Shown: one piece after another, positions 15,434-24,879 of the stretch | Layout: each line of letters opens with the position of its first letter | How positions within the stretch are numbered: position 1 is the first letter of the stretch | IMG/VR virus record: IMGVR_UViG_3300002143_000037 | Location: 1 to 57,812 of that record | DNA length: 57,812 nucleotides | Origin: a virus | Reading direction: 5' to 3' (one strand) | Position numbers and translations under genes: made by a program | Notes under the pieces: generated by a model | The model's database searches: none | The model's input: the letters and a program-made list of their open reading frames with translations, nothing else | What the model was told of the DNA's origin: nothing

Positions 15434-15877
15434 ATGGCTATTACATCTGCACTCTGCACCAGCTTCAAAACCGAATTGTTGGAGCGTAAGCACGACTTCA
15501 ATGCCACCAGCGGTCACACATTTAAACTTGCTTTGTACACATCTGCTGCTTCGCTCGACGCAGCCACCACCAACTACACCACCAGCAACGAAGTTGTTGG
15601 CACAGGCTATACAGCAGGTGGTGTTGTTTTGACAAACATCGACCCCACATCATCGGGCACTACAGCCTTTGTAGACTTTGCCGATGCCACATTCCCTAGC
15701 GCTACCATCACTGCTGCTGGCGCTGTCATCTATAACACCACCACTGACGGTGGTACAGGCACAACCAACGCTGTTGCTGTCATCTCCTTTGGTGGTGACA
15801 AGACTTCAACAAACGGTGACTTTGTTGTGCAGTTCCCAACAGCAGACGCTTCCAACGCTATCATTCGTTTGGCGTAA
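15434..15877 (+). CDS. virion-module protein (147 aa)
   Basis: A compact ORF in the structural block. The FKLALYTSAASL..GTGYTAGG pattern looks like a conserved phage structural family I cannot name. Confidence 0.65.
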   Translation: MAITSALCTSFKTELLERKHDFNATSGHTFKLALYTSAASLDAATTNYTTSNEVVGTGYTAGGVVLTNIDPTSSGTTAFVDFADATFPSATITAAGAVIYNTTTDGGTGTTNAVAVISFGGDKTSTNGDFVVQFPTADASNAIIRLA

Positions 15878-15887
15878 GGTTGCGTAA

Positions 15888-16859
15888 ATGGCAACAACAA
15901 CACGCACTGGCGCTATATACGGTATAGGTACTTATGGTACTTCCGTCTATGGCGTTAGCAATGTTGCTTATGTACCGGACGGTGTTGTCTCCGTAGCCAC
16001 TTCTGATAGTGGCGTTGTCATTGAAGCTGATGCCAATCATGTAGTTGTTAGTCTTATTAGCCCTGCCGTTGTAGGCAGTGTAGGCGTTGTAGGCGTTGCA
16101 GTTACTAGCATGGTTGGTGTAGCAGCTACAGGCTTTGTTGGTGATGTAGCGTTGTCGCTTGGTTGCACTATCATAGTGGATGGTGTTGCTACTACAGGCG
16201 CTGCAGGTAGTGTAGTTGTTGAAGCTGATGCTGCCACGTTGATGGTTGGTGTAGCCGCTGCAGGTGTTGTCGGTGAGACAACAATCGTTGCCAATTCAAC
16301 AACACTTGCTGCAGGCAGTGAAGCTGTTACAGCCCTTGGTGATGTTGAAGTTCGTTCCATCAACCGAATCCCAGTAGACGGTATTGCCATTGCAGCTTCT
16401 ATTGGTGATGTAACAATTGTTGCCGCTTCTAACACTGTTCTTGTTACAGACGAAATTGTTGTTACACTAGGTGATGTTATTGCTAAGGCATCATCGCTTA
16501 CTGTTGTCAGCGGTGTATTTGTTACAGGTGTTATTGGTGATGTTTCTATTGCTGAGAATGCTAGACCAACCTTTGACGGTGTAAGCGCTGCAGCTTTGAT
16601 TGGTGATGTATCTATTTCTGTAACAGTGTTTGACTATAACGCTGTTGCTTCTTTGTATGCTAGAACTAGAACAGTGTTTGTAGCTAGAACATCAACCAGC
16701 AAAGAAAGAACAGTTGGTATTGCTGCACAGTCCCGTGTTGTATATGTTGAGTCTAAGTCTACACCATCGACACGTACTTATGGTGTGTTGACGCAAGATA
16801 GAAAAGTGTACACAGCCAGAAAAAATAGCTCTTCTGATAGAGCAGTATCTGTAGCTTAA
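15888..16859 (+). CDS. repeat-containing Val/Gly/Ala-rich structural protein (323 aa)
   Basis: About 8 copies of a ~22-aa unit carrying (I/V)GDV-x-(I/V). The basic Ser/Thr/Arg-rich C-terminus has 4 short repeats. Confidence 0.65.
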   Translation: MATTTRTGAIYGIGTYGTSVYGVSNVAYVPDGVVSVATSDSGVVIEADANHVVVSLISPAVVGSVGVVGVAVTSMVGVAATGFVGDVALSLGCTIIVDGVATTGAAGSVVVEADAATLMVGVAAAGVVGETTIVANSTTLAAGSEAVTALGDVEVRSINRIPVDGIAIAASIGDVTIVAASNTVLVTDEIVVTLGDVIAKASSLTVVSGVFVTGVIGDVSIAENARPTFDGVSAAALIGDVSISVTVFDYNAVASLYARTRTVFVARTSTSKERTVGIAAQSRVVYVESKSTPSTRTYGVLTQDRKVYTARKNSSSDRAVSVA

Positions 16860-16878
16860 AGAATGTTAGAGGAAATAT

Positions 16879-17196
16879 ATGTCATTTAAATGGCCTCCAA
16901 AAGATAAAGATGAACTGCTAGACTACAGTGTAGACTGGTCACGGTTCTTAGGTGCTGCTACCATTATTAACATCACTTGGTTTGTTGACGATGCTGACGA
17001 TGTCAAAACTCAGATTGATGCAGGTATTGTCGTCAATGGTATTCAGAACGTTTCACAAACCATTAGCGGCAGTGTTGCCACCATCAATCTTGGTCTTGGT
17101 ACAGCCAACTACGACTATAAGTTTACATGCCGTATGCAAGACAGTTCAGGCAGTATTGCTGAGCGAGTCATTCGCTTGAAGATAAAGGAACAATAA
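16879..17196 (+). CDS. hypothetical structural-module protein (105 aa)
   Basis: Tightly packed, 1 nt before the next gene. Confidence 0.6.
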   Translation: MSFKWPPKDKDELLDYSVDWSRFLGAATIINITWFVDDADDVKTQIDAGIVVNGIQNVSQTISGSVATINLGLGTANYDYKFTCRMQDSSGSIAERVIRLKIKEQ

Positions 17197-17197
17197 T

Positions 17198-17926
17198 ATG
17201 GCATACGATTACATCGGTCTTGTCAATGAAGTGAACCGTCGACTCAACGAAGTTGAACTCACCTCTGGTACTTTCCCTACAGCTAAGGGTTTCTATTCAC
17301 AGGTCAAGGATAGTGTTAATGCATCTCTGCGTGACATTTCACAGACAACATACGAATGGCCTTTCCATCATGTGATTGCTGAAGAAACTCTTACAGCAGG
17401 TACAACACGGTATGCTTTTCCTAATGATGCGGGGTCGATTGACTTCGATACCTTCCGTGTCAAGGAAAGCTCTACACTAGGCAACGCTACAGTTAAGCTG
17501 GACGTTGTCTCCTATGAAGACTACTTAGAAAACTCTGTTGATCAAGAGTATGGTGACAACACTTCTAAACGTGAAGTGCCCTCTGCTGTGTTTCAAACTA
17601 CAAGTTTGGAATGGGGTGTGACACCAGTGCCTGACCAAGACTATGAGATTGTCTATGAATATTATCGTGTTCCTGTAGATCTTCAAAATGGTACAGATGT
17701 TCCTTCTGTTCCAGAGCGCTTCCGTCATGTCATCATTGATGGTGCTATGTACCATGCCTACATGTTCCGTAGCAACGAACAAGCTGCCAACATTGCTAAG
17801 AGTAAGTTTGAAGAAGGCTTGAAGCGTATGCGTACCATCTTGGTGAATCGCTACGTATACATGCGCTCTACCGCCATCATTCAATCTGGTAGCGGTACTT
17901 CTTCTTTTGGTGATCGGGTTCGATAA
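17198..17926 (+). CDS. adaptor / tail tubular protein A-like (candidate)
   Basis: 242 aa, ATGA-coupled to the nozzle-like gene. The size and order mirror T7 gp11-gp12. Confidence 0.5.
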   Translation: MAYDYIGLVNEVNRRLNEVELTSGTFPTAKGFYSQVKDSVNASLRDISQTTYEWPFHHVIAEETLTAGTTRYAFPNDAGSIDFDTFRVKESSTLGNATVKLDVVSYEDYLENSVDQEYGDNTSKREVPSAVFQTTSLEWGVTPVPDQDYEIVYEYYRVPVDLQNGTDVPSVPERFRHVIIDGAMYHAYMFRSNEQAANIAKSKFEEGLKRMRTILVNRYVYMRSTAIIQSGSGTSSFGDRVR

Positions 17927-19908
17927 TGGCTGACGGACTACAGACATATCCGTTTGAGTTCCGTGGTGGACTCATCTCTAACCTGTCACCACTTCAACAA
18001 GGTACACAGGCTCCCGGTAGCGCTCGTCTGCTGAAGAACTTTGAACCATCTACTGACGGTGGTTATAAACGCATTGAGGGCTACGACAAATATTCTAGCT
18101 CGTTCGTGCCAGCCTATGGCACACCACTGGTGCAGGGGTCAGCACAGACTGGTACAATCCTTGTGCTTGCCAACATCTACACAGCCCCTGCTGATGGTGA
18201 TACTTTCACAATTGATGGTGTCGCTGGCACATATACAATTGCTGCTGGTGGTGTATCGTTTAACAGTACATACAAGCAAGCTACATTGACGCTGACAGAC
18301 TCCTTAGCATCTAGTCCAGCCGATAAAGCTGCTGTTACATTTGAGAGCCATACAGGTACTATCAAGGGTGTTGTCGCTTGGAACGAGACAGTGTTGTCCT
18401 ATCGCAATGCCGACATCTACACCACCACAGGAACCACTCACACCAAGATAAACGTACCATCTTATGGCACAGTGTTGGTGGCTGGTGGTGCTCAGACAGG
18501 TGCAACATTGAACGTTGACGGTTTGACAGGCACTCCACAGATTGGTGACACATTCTCAATCGCTGGTGTTGAGAAGGTATATACAGTGTTGGCTGTACCA
18601 ACGGTGACGGCTGGTGCTGCTGCGTTGTCTATATTTCCCGCACTTGCGTCTAGCCCTGCAGACAATGCTGCTTTGACGATGCTGTCGTATGACAGAAGTG
18701 GTGGTGGTAAGCTGCGCTTTGCTAAGTATAGAGTAAACAACACTGACAAGGTGATGGCTGTTGACGGTGTTAATACACCATTTGTTTGGGATGGTGTTTC
18801 CTTTACAGAAGTTACAAATGCTCCAGCCGATGTTGTCGGTGCAAGCTATGTTACTTACCATAAAAATCAAATGTTCTTCGCTAAAGGTAATGTCTTGACA
18901 TTTACGTCACCTTATACCGACACTGATTTTAATCCAGCCAACGGTTCAGGTGTTATTGCAATCAACGGTCTTATCACAGGCATCATTCCTTTCCGTGAAG
19001 CACTCATCATCTTTACAGACAAAACAATATCTCAACTTGTTGGTAACACCTTGCAGGATTTTGTATTGCAGCCTGTGACAACTAAGGTGGGTTGTGTTGC
19101 TCCTGATACCATCCAAGAGATTGGTGGCGATGTCATCTTCCTTGGTCCTGAAGGACTGCGCTTGTTCGGTGCTACAGACCGTGTTGGTGACTTCAACATG
19201 GGTGTGGTGTCAAAGCCTATTCAGAATGAAATGACCAGTCTGATCGCATCAAGCAGTAGCTTCGCAAGCTGTGTCATTAAACAGAAGTCGCAATATCGTA
19301 TCTTCGGTTACAACTCTTCTGGTGAGTCTACAGCAAACGCTAAAGGTGTACTTGGTACACAGATGGTTGGTGACAATACAAACAACATGTCGTGGGCTGA
19401 GACAGTTGGTATCAAGACTTATGTTGTCGATACTGACTATGAAAACCAAACAGAGACAGTTGTGTTTGCTCACGACGATGGATACATTTATCAAATGGAA
19501 AGCGGCAACAGCTTTGATGGCACTAACATTATTGCTTCATTTGCTACACCTTTTGTTTCAATTAACGACCCACGCATCCGTAAAACGTTTTACAAGCTGT
19601 TCCTCTATACAGACCCTCAAGGTGGTGTAACAACCTCTGTCAACTTGAAGCTAGACTTTGACACGCAGGGTAGTATTCAACCAGAGACTATTCAGTTGTC
19701 TAACGAAGCAGGCAGTGTAAGCTTCTACGGCACATCTGGTGCGCGATATGGCACTACCGTTTTCGGAAGTAAGTTGGTAAAGCAGTTTGAAACTCAAGTG
19801 GTTGGGTCGGCTTTTAGCGTGTCGCTGCAGTTTGTATCGGATGGTCAAAACCCTCCATACAGCTTGGATGCAGCAACTTTGGAATATGCAACACATGACA
19901 GACGTTAA
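17926..19908 (+). CDS. nozzle / tail tubular protein B-like (candidate)
   Basis: 660 aa. The N-terminal FRGGLISNLSPLQQ....ARLLKNFEPSTDGGYKRIEG parallels the T7 gp12 N-terminus (LKGGISQQPDILR...QVNGWSSETEGLQKRP) as I remember it. Confidence 0.55.
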   Translation: MADGLQTYPFEFRGGLISNLSPLQQGTQAPGSARLLKNFEPSTDGGYKRIEGYDKYSSSFVPAYGTPLVQGSAQTGTILVLANIYTAPADGDTFTIDGVAGTYTIAAGGVSFNSTYKQATLTLTDSLASSPADKAAVTFESHTGTIKGVVAWNETVLSYRNADIYTTTGTTHTKINVPSYGTVLVAGGAQTGATLNVDGLTGTPQIGDTFSIAGVEKVYTVLAVPTVTAGAAALSIFPALASSPADNAALTMLSYDRSGGGKLRFAKYRVNNTDKVMAVDGVNTPFVWDGVSFTEVTNAPADVVGASYVTYHKNQMFFAKGNVLTFTSPYTDTDFNPANGSGVIAINGLITGIIPFREALIIFTDKTISQLVGNTLQDFVLQPVTTKVGCVAPDTIQEIGGDVIFLGPEGLRLFGATDRVGDFNMGVVSKPIQNEMTSLIASSSSFASCVIKQKSQYRIFGYNSSGESTANAKGVLGTQMVGDNTNNMSWAETVGIKTYVVDTDYENQTETVVFAHDDGYIYQMESGNSFDGTNIIASFATPFVSINDPRIRKTFYKLFLYTDPQGGVTTSVNLKLDFDTQGSIQPETIQLSNEAGSVSFYGTSGARYGTTVFGSKLVKQFETQVVGSAFSVSLQFVSDGQNPPYSLDAATLEYATHDRR

Positions 19909-19911
19909 AGC

Positions 19912-19939
19912 TTTACAGCTTTGATGTTTCGGTTATAAC
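19912..19939 (+). promoter_or_regulatory. Sigma70-like promoter candidate before tail fibre (TTTACA-N16-TATAAC)
   Basis: TTTACA at 19912..19917 and TATAAC at 19934..19939. ATG at 19964. Confidence 0.5.
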
Positions 19940-19963
19940 TACACACACTAGACAGGAACTATT

Positions 19964-22900
19964 ATGGCAGGATATACACGAGTCGATACAAGTAACAACA
20001 TTGCTGACGGTAACGTCATCTCTGCTGCCGACCTCGACAATGAATTTGATGGCGTACAAGCTGCGTTCAATGCCACCACAGGCCACACACACGGCGGTGG
20101 CGTTGGTGAAGGCGCTCCCATTACAGCGCTTGGTCCAGTCAATGATGTCACCATCAGTGCTACATTGTTTGCTCCAAAGACCACCAACACTGTGGACATC
20201 GGTAGCTCGTCGCTGAAATACAAAGACCTGTATTTGGCTGGTAACGCTTCCATTGCTGGTACGTTGGGTGTTACAGGTGTTGCCACTTTCACTGCACAGC
20301 CTGTATTGTCTTCATTGACAGCCTCTCGTGCTGTGTTCACTGACGGTTCTAAAGGTCTGGTAAGCAATGCACTTACAGGCACAGGCAACGTTGTCATGTC
20401 TGCTGCACCAACTCTGACTGGCACTATCACGGCTGAAGCGCTTACATTGTCCGGTGCTGTCACCGCAAGCGCTGGCACAGCCAACGGCGTGGCCTACCTC
20501 AACGGTAGCAAAGTCCTGACCACGGGGAGTGCGCTGGTATTTGATGGGACTGGTTTAGCAATTGGCTCATCCTCTGCTGTTGGTAAGCTATATATTGCTG
20601 GCGCTGGAGCTAATCGTCTTGCGACAAATTCTCCTTCTGGGAATAGCTATATTGGCTATGACGGCGCAAATGACATTTACAACATCCAATCAGTTAATAA
20701 CATTTCGTTTGGTGTTGCGTACAACGAACAAATGCGCCTGACCTCCACAGGTCTGGGTATTGGGACGAGCAGCCCTGCAAGCAAATTAGTTGTATCTAAC
20801 GCAGGGGCTTTGGGTATTGAATTTGACCCAGCATCGGGCGGAATGCAGGTCTACAACCGCAGCACATCGGCATACGGCACGATGAACCTGTCGGCTAACA
20901 CCATGTATTTCCGTACTGGTGCATCCCCCGCCATCAAAATGACCTTGGACTCCTCCGGCAATCTGGGTATTGGAAACAGCAGCCCAACGGCAAAACTTGA
21001 TGTAACGGGCACGGCTGCAATCTCTGGCGCTGTTACCCTGTCCGGCGGCACAGCCAACGGCGTGGCCTACCTCAACGGTAGCAAAGTCCTGACCACGGGG
21101 AGTGCGCTGACGTTTGATGGGACGAATTTCACCGTTGGGGCATCTTCAACAACGGGTGATTACAAAGCGTTTATTCAAAAATCTGGCGGCGAGTTACTTG
21201 GCTTAAATGCAAGTAGTGGAACATTGGCCCGGATTGCTTTTGGTAACGCAACCGCCAGTTTTGGAAGTACACAACTTATTGCAAATGCTGCCGATCTTGC
21301 ATTCATCACAAATTCTGCCGAACAAATGCGCCTGACCTCCACAGGCTTGGGCATCGGCACTACAAGTCCGGGTGCAGAGTTGCAAGTAAATAATGCTTCT
21401 GCATCTGCTGGACGGCGGGGGCTTCGTGTAAGTGCCAGCGGCTGGACAAGCGCTTACGGTGAGTTGGTCATTGACACAACAGCCACAAAAATTGACCTGA
21501 ACTCATCAAATGCAGCATACCCACTCTCTTTCAGTATTGCATCCGCAGAAGGCATGCGCCTGACCTCCACAGGCTTGGGGATTGGGACGAGTTCGCCAAG
21601 TACAAAGCTGACTGTTAGAGGGGTGACATTTACTGATAGCGGTGTGAGTGGTGGGGCATCTGGGCTTGTTTATGCTCTTAGTGCTTCCAGCGGAGGCAAT
21701 TTTGGTCAACTTGGAAACACCGGGACTCGATGGTCACTTGGATACGGGCCTTCTTTAACGGCTCTTGGCACAGAGGTTTTGGTGTGGAACTCCTCCGGCA
21801 ACGTGGGTATTGGGACGGGTTCGCCTTCACAGAAACTCCATGTTGTTGGCAATGCTTTGGTTACACCTAGTGGTGGATGGACTACGGGTGGTGTTGCAAC
21901 TCAGTACTTTGGTGATGTGTATGGGTCAATCAAGTATGACTACAACACCACCAACTTTCTGATAAGTTCTTACGGCTCATTTTCAATTGCAACGAACGGA
22001 ACCTCTCCCGCTACACGACTGACACTGGATGGCTCCGGCAACCTAGGATTGGGAGTTACTCCGAGTGCTTGGTCAGGCACAAATCCAGTATTTGAATTTG
22101 GAAATACTTCTACAAGTGTTTCTGCGTCTTTATTTCAAAATGGTGTAAACGACACTTGGTTTAGTTCCAATGCGTATTTTAATGGCACTAATTGGATATA
22201 CAAAGCAACTGGCGCTGCAACTCAGTACCATCAATCAAATCAAGCGCATGAATGGTATAAGGCCGCATCAGGCACAGCAGGTAACGCTATTAGCTTTACT
22301 CAAGCAATGACCTTGGATGCCTCCGGCAGCTTGGGGCTGGGGACGAGTTCGCCGGGTGTGAAGCTGGATATTGCAAATACTGGTGGCAGTGTTGCCGCTC
22401 GTTTGCGCTCATCTGATTCCGGGTATGCGGAGTTGTACTTTGGGGACGTTTCGGACGGTGCTGCTTCAGCAATCAGCTACGAACACTCAACAAACCTGTT
22501 GCGTTTCTATAACGGCGGCAGCGTCAGAGCCACCCTCGACTCCTCCGGTAACCTCGGCTTGGGAGTTACTCCAAGTGCTTGGGTTCCTTCAGGAGCTGGT
22601 GGCCCAATTTTGCAAATTCAAAATGCCGCATTCTTTGGCAGCGCAAGCACAACCGGGGTGTTGAATAACGCCTATTACAACGGCGGTTTTAAGTACATTA
22701 GCAGCGATTATGCAAGCTGGTACGAGCAGATTGACAGCAAGCACGTTTGGTACACCGCCCCCTCCGGCACAGCAGGTAACGCTATCTCGTTTACTCAGGC
22801 GATGACGCTGGATGCGAGTGGGAATTTGGGTGTGGGAACCACTACGCCCGACATTTTTGGTCGCTTCTACACACGCAGCATTGGATTTTCGTCAAGCGGG

Positions 22901-23599
22901 TCTACTGTTCTGCAAATCAATGGCAGTAGCTACGGCGGTATTGATTTTGGTGCAGCAGGGACGCGCACAGGGGCAATTACAGGTTCTGCAGCCGATATTC
23001 AAATTGGAAGCATAACAGCAATTCCGCTGCTTATGGTTACCAACGGCTCCGAACGCGCCCGTATCACATCGGCGGGTGACTTGCTCGTTGGTCTAACTAG
23101 CACTGTCTCATATTTGGATGGCAAAATAAATAGCGTGGGTTCTTCCCCCGCTTTTTGCGGTAAAACCACCGGGGGTGCGGGTGTCTACACAAATGTGGTT
23201 TGGAATGATGCAACCACAGGCGATAACGGATTAGTTTTATTTGGAACAGAAACATCATTTAATACAAGAGGTGGAATTACCTACAACCGTGGCGCAGGTC
23301 TTGTTGCCTACAACACGACTTCAGACTACCGAGCCAAAGACATCATCGGCCCTGTGACCGACAGCGGTGCATTGATCGACTCAACCCCTGTTTACATGGG
23401 CAAGATGAAAGGCGCAACACAAGAGCGCCCGATGTTCATTGCTCACGAAACCCCAGACTACGCACACACTGGCGAGAAAGACGCTGTGGATGCTGATGGC
23501 AACCCCGTGTACCAGCAAATGGACGCAAGCGCCCTTATTCCTGTGATGTGGGCCGAAATTAAATCACTCCGTCAACGCCTTGCAGCCGCAGGCATCTAA
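19964..23599 (+). CDS. tail fibre with C-terminal intramolecular chaperone (Peptidase S74-like) domain
   Basis: 1211 aa. About 10 copies of the motif (M/L)xL(T/D)S(S/T)G(N/L)LG(I/L)GT.SP..KL. The C-terminal YNTTSDYRAKDIIGPV...LIPVMWAEIKSLRQRL is typical of endosialidase-type chaperone domains. Confidence 0.8.
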   Translation: MAGYTRVDTSNNIADGNVISAADLDNEFDGVQAAFNATTGHTHGGGVGEGAPITALGPVNDVTISATLFAPKTTNTVDIGSSSLKYKDLYLAGNASIAGTLGVTGVATFTAQPVLSSLTASRAVFTDGSKGLVSNALTGTGNVVMSAAPTLTGTITAEALTLSGAVTASAGTANGVAYLNGSKVLTTGSALVFDGTGLAIGSSSAVGKLYIAGAGANRLATNSPSGNSYIGYDGANDIYNIQSVNNISFGVAYNEQMRLTSTGLGIGTSSPASKLVVSNAGALGIEFDPASGGMQVYNRSTSAYGTMNLSANTMYFRTGASPAIKMTLDSSGNLGIGNSSPTAKLDVTGTAAISGAVTLSGGTANGVAYLNGSKVLTTGSALTFDGTNFTVGASSTTGDYKAFIQKSGGELLGLNASSGTLARIAFGNATASFGSTQLIANAADLAFITNSAEQMRLTSTGLGIGTTSPGAELQVNNASASAGRRGLRVSASGWTSAYGELVIDTTATKIDLNSSNAAYPLSFSIASAEGMRLTSTGLGIGTSSPSTKLTVRGVTFTDSGVSGGASGLVYALSASSGGNFGQLGNTGTRWSLGYGPSLTALGTEVLVWNSSGNVGIGTGSPSQKLHVVGNALVTPSGGWTTGGVATQYFGDVYGSIKYDYNTTNFLISSYGSFSIATNGTSPATRLTLDGSGNLGLGVTPSAWSGTNPVFEFGNTSTSVSASLFQNGVNDTWFSSNAYFNGTNWIYKATGAATQYHQSNQAHEWYKAASGTAGNAISFTQAMTLDASGSLGLGTSSPGVKLDIANTGGSVAARLRSSDSGYAELYFGDVSDGAASAISYEHSTNLLRFYNGGSVRATLDSSGNLGLGVTPSAWVPSGAGGPILQIQNAAFFGSASTTGVLNNAYYNGGFKYISSDYASWYEQIDSKHVWYTAPSGTAGNAISFTQAMTLDASGNLGVGTTTPDIFGRFYTRSIGFSSSGSTVLQINGSSYGGIDFGAAGTRTGAITGSAADIQIGSITAIPLLMVTNGSERARITSAGDLLVGLTSTVSYLDGKINSVGSSPAFCGKTTGGAGVYTNVVWNDATTGDNGLVLFGTETSFNTRGGITYNRGAGLVAYNTTSDYRAKDIIGPVTDSGALIDSTPVYMGKMKGATQERPMFIAHETPDYAHTGEKDAVDADGNPVYQQMDASALIPVMWAEIKSLRQRLAAAGI
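20474..20536 (+). repeat. 63-bp perfect direct repeat, copy 1 (inside tail-fibre gene)
   Basis: GGCACAGCCAACGGCGTGGCCTACCTCAACGGTAGCAAAGTCCTGACCACGGGGAGTGCGCTG, identical to 21047..21109. It encodes GTANGVAYLNGSKVLTTGSAL. Confidence 0.9.
21047..21109 (+). repeat. 63-bp perfect direct repeat, copy 2
   Basis: Identical to 20474..20536, and in frame (573 bp apart). Confidence 0.9.
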
Positions 23600-23617
23600 C
23601 CCCCGAAAGGAAATATC

Positions 23618-23920
23618 ATGACTACCACATTCAAAATCTCTCAAATGGATCGCAACACTGCTGACGGTTTCGTCACCACAGTGCACTGGACCGCCTCACA
23701 AGCAGACGGCGACTTCACAGCCTCGACATACAGCACAGCCAGCTTCACCAAAGAAGACGGTATCAACTACGTGCCTTATGAAGACCTGACAGAAGCTGCT
23801 GTAATTGAGTGGGTTAAAGGCTCTCTCGGTGCTGAAGGCGTTGCTGCTGTGGAAGCTGCTCTGGCTCAGAACATTGCCTTGCAGAAAAACCCTGTGACCG
23901 CTACTGGTACACCTTGGTAA
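23618..23920 (+). CDS. hypothetical protein (100 aa) downstream of tail fibre
   Basis: GAAAGGAAA SD. The pattern ...YVPYEDLTEAAVIEWVK... looks like a conserved small phage protein. Confidence 0.65.
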   Translation: MTTTFKISQMDRNTADGFVTTVHWTASQADGDFTASTYSTASFTKEDGINYVPYEDLTEAAVIEWVKGSLGAEGVAAVEAALAQNIALQKNPVTATGTPW

Positions 23921-23931
23921 ACAGGTGATAC

Positions 23932-24150
23932 ATGAACAAGGAAGTATCACACGCTGAAATATATGAGCGATTGCTTGCAGTTGAACATAAAGTAGACCGC
24001 ATTGACAAGAATACCGATGGTGTTGTCAAAGCCTTTGAAGCAGCCTCTGGTGCATTCCTTGTTCTGGAATGGATTGCCAAAGCTGCTAAACCCATTCTCT
24101 TCATTGTTGGTGTTGGCGCTGCTGTAACCACATGGTGGAACCATAGATGA
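23932..24150 (+). CDS. small membrane protein, C-terminal TM (holin/antiholin-like)
   Basis: 72 aa. The TM segment PILFIVGVGAAVTTWW is followed by a charged end. First gene of the lysis block. Confidence 0.5.
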   Translation: MNKEVSHAEIYERLLAVEHKVDRIDKNTDGVVKAFEAASGAFLVLEWIAKAAKPILFIVGVGAAVTTWWNHR

Positions 24151-24596
24151 TTGCAGAGCTTGCGCTTTGCAACGCAGCCTTTGCTGTCATTAAAGAAGCT
24201 GTACAAAACAGCGGCGACATAATGGCAGCAGGGCAATCGTTGTTTAGTTATTTCGATAACAAAAGCGTCATACAACAGAGGTATGAGAAGAAAGCTAAGG
24301 GTGCTAAGTCAAACGACCTAGAAGAGTTTATGGCGCTTGAACAACTTAAGCGTCAAGAAACTGAGCTACGTGAGATGATGCAATGGCAAGGTCGTGCAGG
24401 TATGTGGCAAGACTGGCTTCGCTTTCAAAAGGAAGCTAAGGAGAAACGTGTAGCTGCTGAACGTGCTGAGATACGCAAGGCTGCTGCTCGTAAGGCTAAG
24501 ATTGTTGCTGCCGCAATGTGGGGCATTGTAGCTTCACTGGTCAGTGTACTGATAGTAATGATCTTGTGGGTGATAGATATGATGAGGTATCGATGA
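24147..24596 (+). CDS. coiled-coil protein with C-terminal TM anchor (149 aa)
   Basis: ATGA-coupled. A charged helical middle and the C-terminal IVAAAMWGIVASLVSVLIVMILWVI. Confidence 0.55.
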   Translation: MIAELALCNAAFAVIKEAVQNSGDIMAAGQSLFSYFDNKSVIQQRYEKKAKGAKSNDLEEFMALEQLKRQETELREMMQWQGRAGMWQDWLRFQKEAKEKRVAAERAEIRKAAARKAKIVAAAMWGIVASLVSVLIVMILWVIDMMRYR

Positions 24597-24877
24597 TGTT
24601 TGGTAAAAGCGATTTAACACCAGAAGAGATAGAGGTCCGTACATGGGCCTTTGTTGTTCGCTCCATAACCTTCATGGTACTTATGATTGCTGGCGGTGTT
24701 ATGTATGCCGTAGCTTTCGAGCCACAAGATGCAACACTTGCACCAATCGATGCTGTGTTTCTTGAGATATTGAAAGCCATTGCGTTCATGGGTGTTGGTA
24801 CATTGGGTGGTATTGCTGGCCGTAGAGTTGTTAGCTCTGCTGCACAGATTGTTGGCACTAAGCCTGAAGAGGAATAA
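24593..24877 (+). CDS. two-TM small membrane protein (holin-like, 94 aa)
   Basis: ATG 24593 overlaps the previous stop. TM1 is WAFVVRSITFMVLMIAGGVMYAVAF and TM2 is ILKAIAFMGVGTLGGIAG. Confidence 0.55.
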   Translation: MMFGKSDLTPEEIEVRTWAFVVRSITFMVLMIAGGVMYAVAFEPQDATLAPIDAVFLEILKAIAFMGVGTLGGIAGRRVVSSAAQIVGTKPEEE

Positions 24878-24879
24878 CA

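Noticed and set aside
20474-21109. The 63-bp repeat pair considered as a diversity-generating retroelement TR/VR
   Set aside because: The copies are identical, with no adenine-specific differences. Both are coding within the same gene, and no reverse transcriptase gene exists in the genome.
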